Positions 61,933 to 64,000 of a DNA stretch of 64,000 bases are shown in pieces (position 1 is the stretch's first letter; each line of letters starts with the position of its first letter). Origin of the DNA: an uncultured delta proteobacterium. GTDB taxonomy: Bacteria > Desulfobacterota > Desulfuromonadia > Desulfuromonadales > JACZKF01. Location of the stretch: contig CAWFKQ010000016.1 of assembly GCA_963816395.1 (NCBI GenBank), positions 352,001-416,000 on the forward strand, given 5' to 3'. The position numbers were made by a program, and so were the translations under genes. The notes beneath the pieces were generated by a model. That model made no database searches, was not told the DNA's origin, and saw only the letters and a program-made list of their open reading frames with translations.

Positions 61933-64000
61933 ATGAAGAGGTCAAGAATTTGGCTGTTGGTAGCCCTCTTGACGCTGGCGGTCGGTTTCTACGGCTGCAG
62001 CGGCGATGATGGGTCGAACGGCGCGCCCGGCGCAACCGGTGCCCAGGGTGATCAGGGCCCGGCCGGCCCTGTGACCACCACGAATGAGTCCTGCAATATC
62101 TGCCACGGTGACCTGAAGCCCTTCAACGTCACCAACTTTGCGGCGCACGATTCCGCTCCCTACACCCCGAACTACACGGTCGCGGTTGACGATGTGCAAT
62201 TCATCGACACCAACGCCGACAGCCTGGCCAACGAGGGTCTGACCGTCACCTTTACCGTCACGGACGGCAACGGCGCCCCGGTCGATCTGGCCACCGACGT
62301 TGTCCCTGCCGTGACCAGCGTCAGCCTCAACCTGTCGAAGCTGGTCCAGAGCGGCACCTCCACGGTTTACAACTGGCAGAATTACTACAACACCTCGGCG
62401 ACCGGTGCGACCACAATCGGCGGAGAAGCCTTCATTCCGGCTCTGGCTTCCGCCATCCAGGCCGGCAGCGCAAAATGTACTCCGGCGGCCACCGCTACCC
62501 CCGGCCAGTATACCTGCTCGGTCGATTCCGACTTCACCAACGTGACCACGCCGCTGGCCGTTCCCTTCGATGGCAGCCTGACCCACCGCGTCGCGGTCTT
62601 CTTCGGCTCCCACCTCGACGCCGGCTACCCGGGAACGGCTATGCCGACTTCGTCCCGGCTACCCTCCTCGGCGGCGGCACCCTTGCCGCGGCTGAGACCG
62701 CGGTCGTGAACGACCGGCTCGTCGCCACCACCGCCTCCTGCAACGCTTGCCATGGCAAGCTTTCCGGCCACGGCGGCGACCGGGTGAACGTCGAGATCTG
62801 TGTGACCTGCCACAACCCGGGCACCACCGATCCCGAAAGCGGCAATGTGGTTGACATGTCGCTGATGATCCACAAACTCCATGCCGGCGAGAAACTGGCC
62901 GAGATCAACCCGGGCCTCACCGACGCTCAGCTCGACTACACCATTTACGGCCACAGCAACGCCAAGCACAACTATAACGAACTGGGCTTCCCCGGCAACC
63001 TCCAGAACTGTCAGAAGTGCCACACCACTACAGCCGACGGTGGGGAAGGTGCGCCGACCCTCAATGGCGACGCTTGGAAAACGGCTCCCAACCGCAAGGC
63101 CTGCGGCAGCTGCCACATCGTCTCCTTCGCCGCCGCCGACACCTCCAAGCCTCTCCACCGCGGTGGTGAGCAGCTGACTGATAATGGCTGCACCTTCTGT
63201 CACCCGGCCAGCGGCGCGATCAGCCCGCCGTCGAGCTACCCGGTCGCCGCGGTTCACGCCATCGCCGCGCCCGCGAACACGGCGGAGCTCACCACCTCGG
63301 CCGTTCCGGCTGACGGCTACTTCGCCGAAGGCGACACCGTCACCTTCAACCTGGCGGTCAAAGGCGCCAGCGATAACGTTATCGATGTTACCGATGCTGC
63401 TGCCTTCAATGCATTTCGGACGCGTCTCTACCTGTACGGCCCGCGTGATGACGTCCATCTGGTGCTGATGGGCGGTGAAGAGCAGATCGACCTCACCGGC
63501 ACCGATGCCGGTGTGACCCGGGATGCCGACGGCTAATGACCAGGCCACCATCCCGACTGGCATGAAGCCGGGGACCTATCTTGCCTACGCCTATGTCACC
63601 TACTATGCTGATCCTGCTGACACGACCAGTGCCAGAGAGTCCTCCTACCAGCTCATTACCTTCCAGGTGGGAACCGACACTCAGCAGGACCAGGTGGCCG
63701 GAACGGGCTGCGGCAGCTGCCATGACAACGGTTCGGTCGCTCACAATAACGCACTGCTGGAGACGACCGGCAACGACGTTGCCTGGCCTGCCACAACGGC
63801 GAGCACACTTTCCCGATTTCCAACCGGGTGCATGCCGCTCATGCCGCCAATCCCTATGGCGACCTGTATCAGCTCTCTTCCAGCACCGCATCCGGCTACC
63901 GAGAGCCGCTCAACTCGGGCCGCGACTGGTCCGATATCGAGTACCCGCGGGCGGTCACGCATTGCCAGACCTGCCACACTACTCCCAATACCAGCTACCT
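61933..64000 (+). CDS. OmcA/MtrC-family multiheme c-type cytochrome lipoprotein (frameshifts; runs off the window)
   Basis: Lipobox FYG-C, G-X-Y linker, WQNYYN, nine CXXCH seen across frames, CVTCHNP and MIHKLH motifs. Confidence 0.9.

Noticed and set aside
6011..64000. Frameshifts in about 20 genes read as pseudogenes or programmed recoding
   Set aside because: They hit housekeeping genes too (trkA, trkH, helicase), are mostly single-base indels in GC-rich runs with motifs intact on both sides, and show no consistent slippery signal; assembly error is the simplest explanation.

Overview
GC-rich bacterial chromosome segment, most likely Desulfuromonadales (Desulfuromonas/Geobacter-like; inferred from gene content). 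Many genes, including housekeeping ones, are broken by single-base indels, which looks like long-read assembly error, so such genes are reported as one CDS with approximate limits. In order: a GNAT + histone-deacetylase-family fusion and a class V aminotransferase behind a ZMP/ZTP riboswitch; a DUF507 pair; CIRCE-groESL; two tandem secreted subtilases; a tRNA sulfurtransferase; an OmpA-like barrel and two multiheme cytochromes; moaA; a TorD-type chaperone; two sigma-54 activators; a GlcF-like Fe-S protein; a sigma-54-driven tctC-tctA-tctB operon with two tartrate/D-malate dehydrogenases; an FNR-box-linked DUF6448 gene divergent from lexA-imuB-dnaE2; CheY-CheC-diguanylate cyclase; DUF815; an SDR; trkAH; MaoC; HNH; an alpha-glucan operon with a two-component system; a TIGR01212 radical SAM protein; a UvrD/Rep helicase; and the start of an OmcA/MtrC-type cytochrome. 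Best novelty candidate: both subtilases end in an Fn3-like domain interrupted by TM helix + Arg cluster + a second hydrophobic helix with an internal lipobox Cys, suggesting a C-terminal sorting/anchoring mechanism I do not recognise. Also notable: a candidate direct-repeat LexA box, a candidate GGA-rich antisense RNA, a small protein with a Tat-like signal and one CXXCH, and dense short-period intergenic hairpin repeats. No tRNA, rRNA, CRISPR or transposase was seen.
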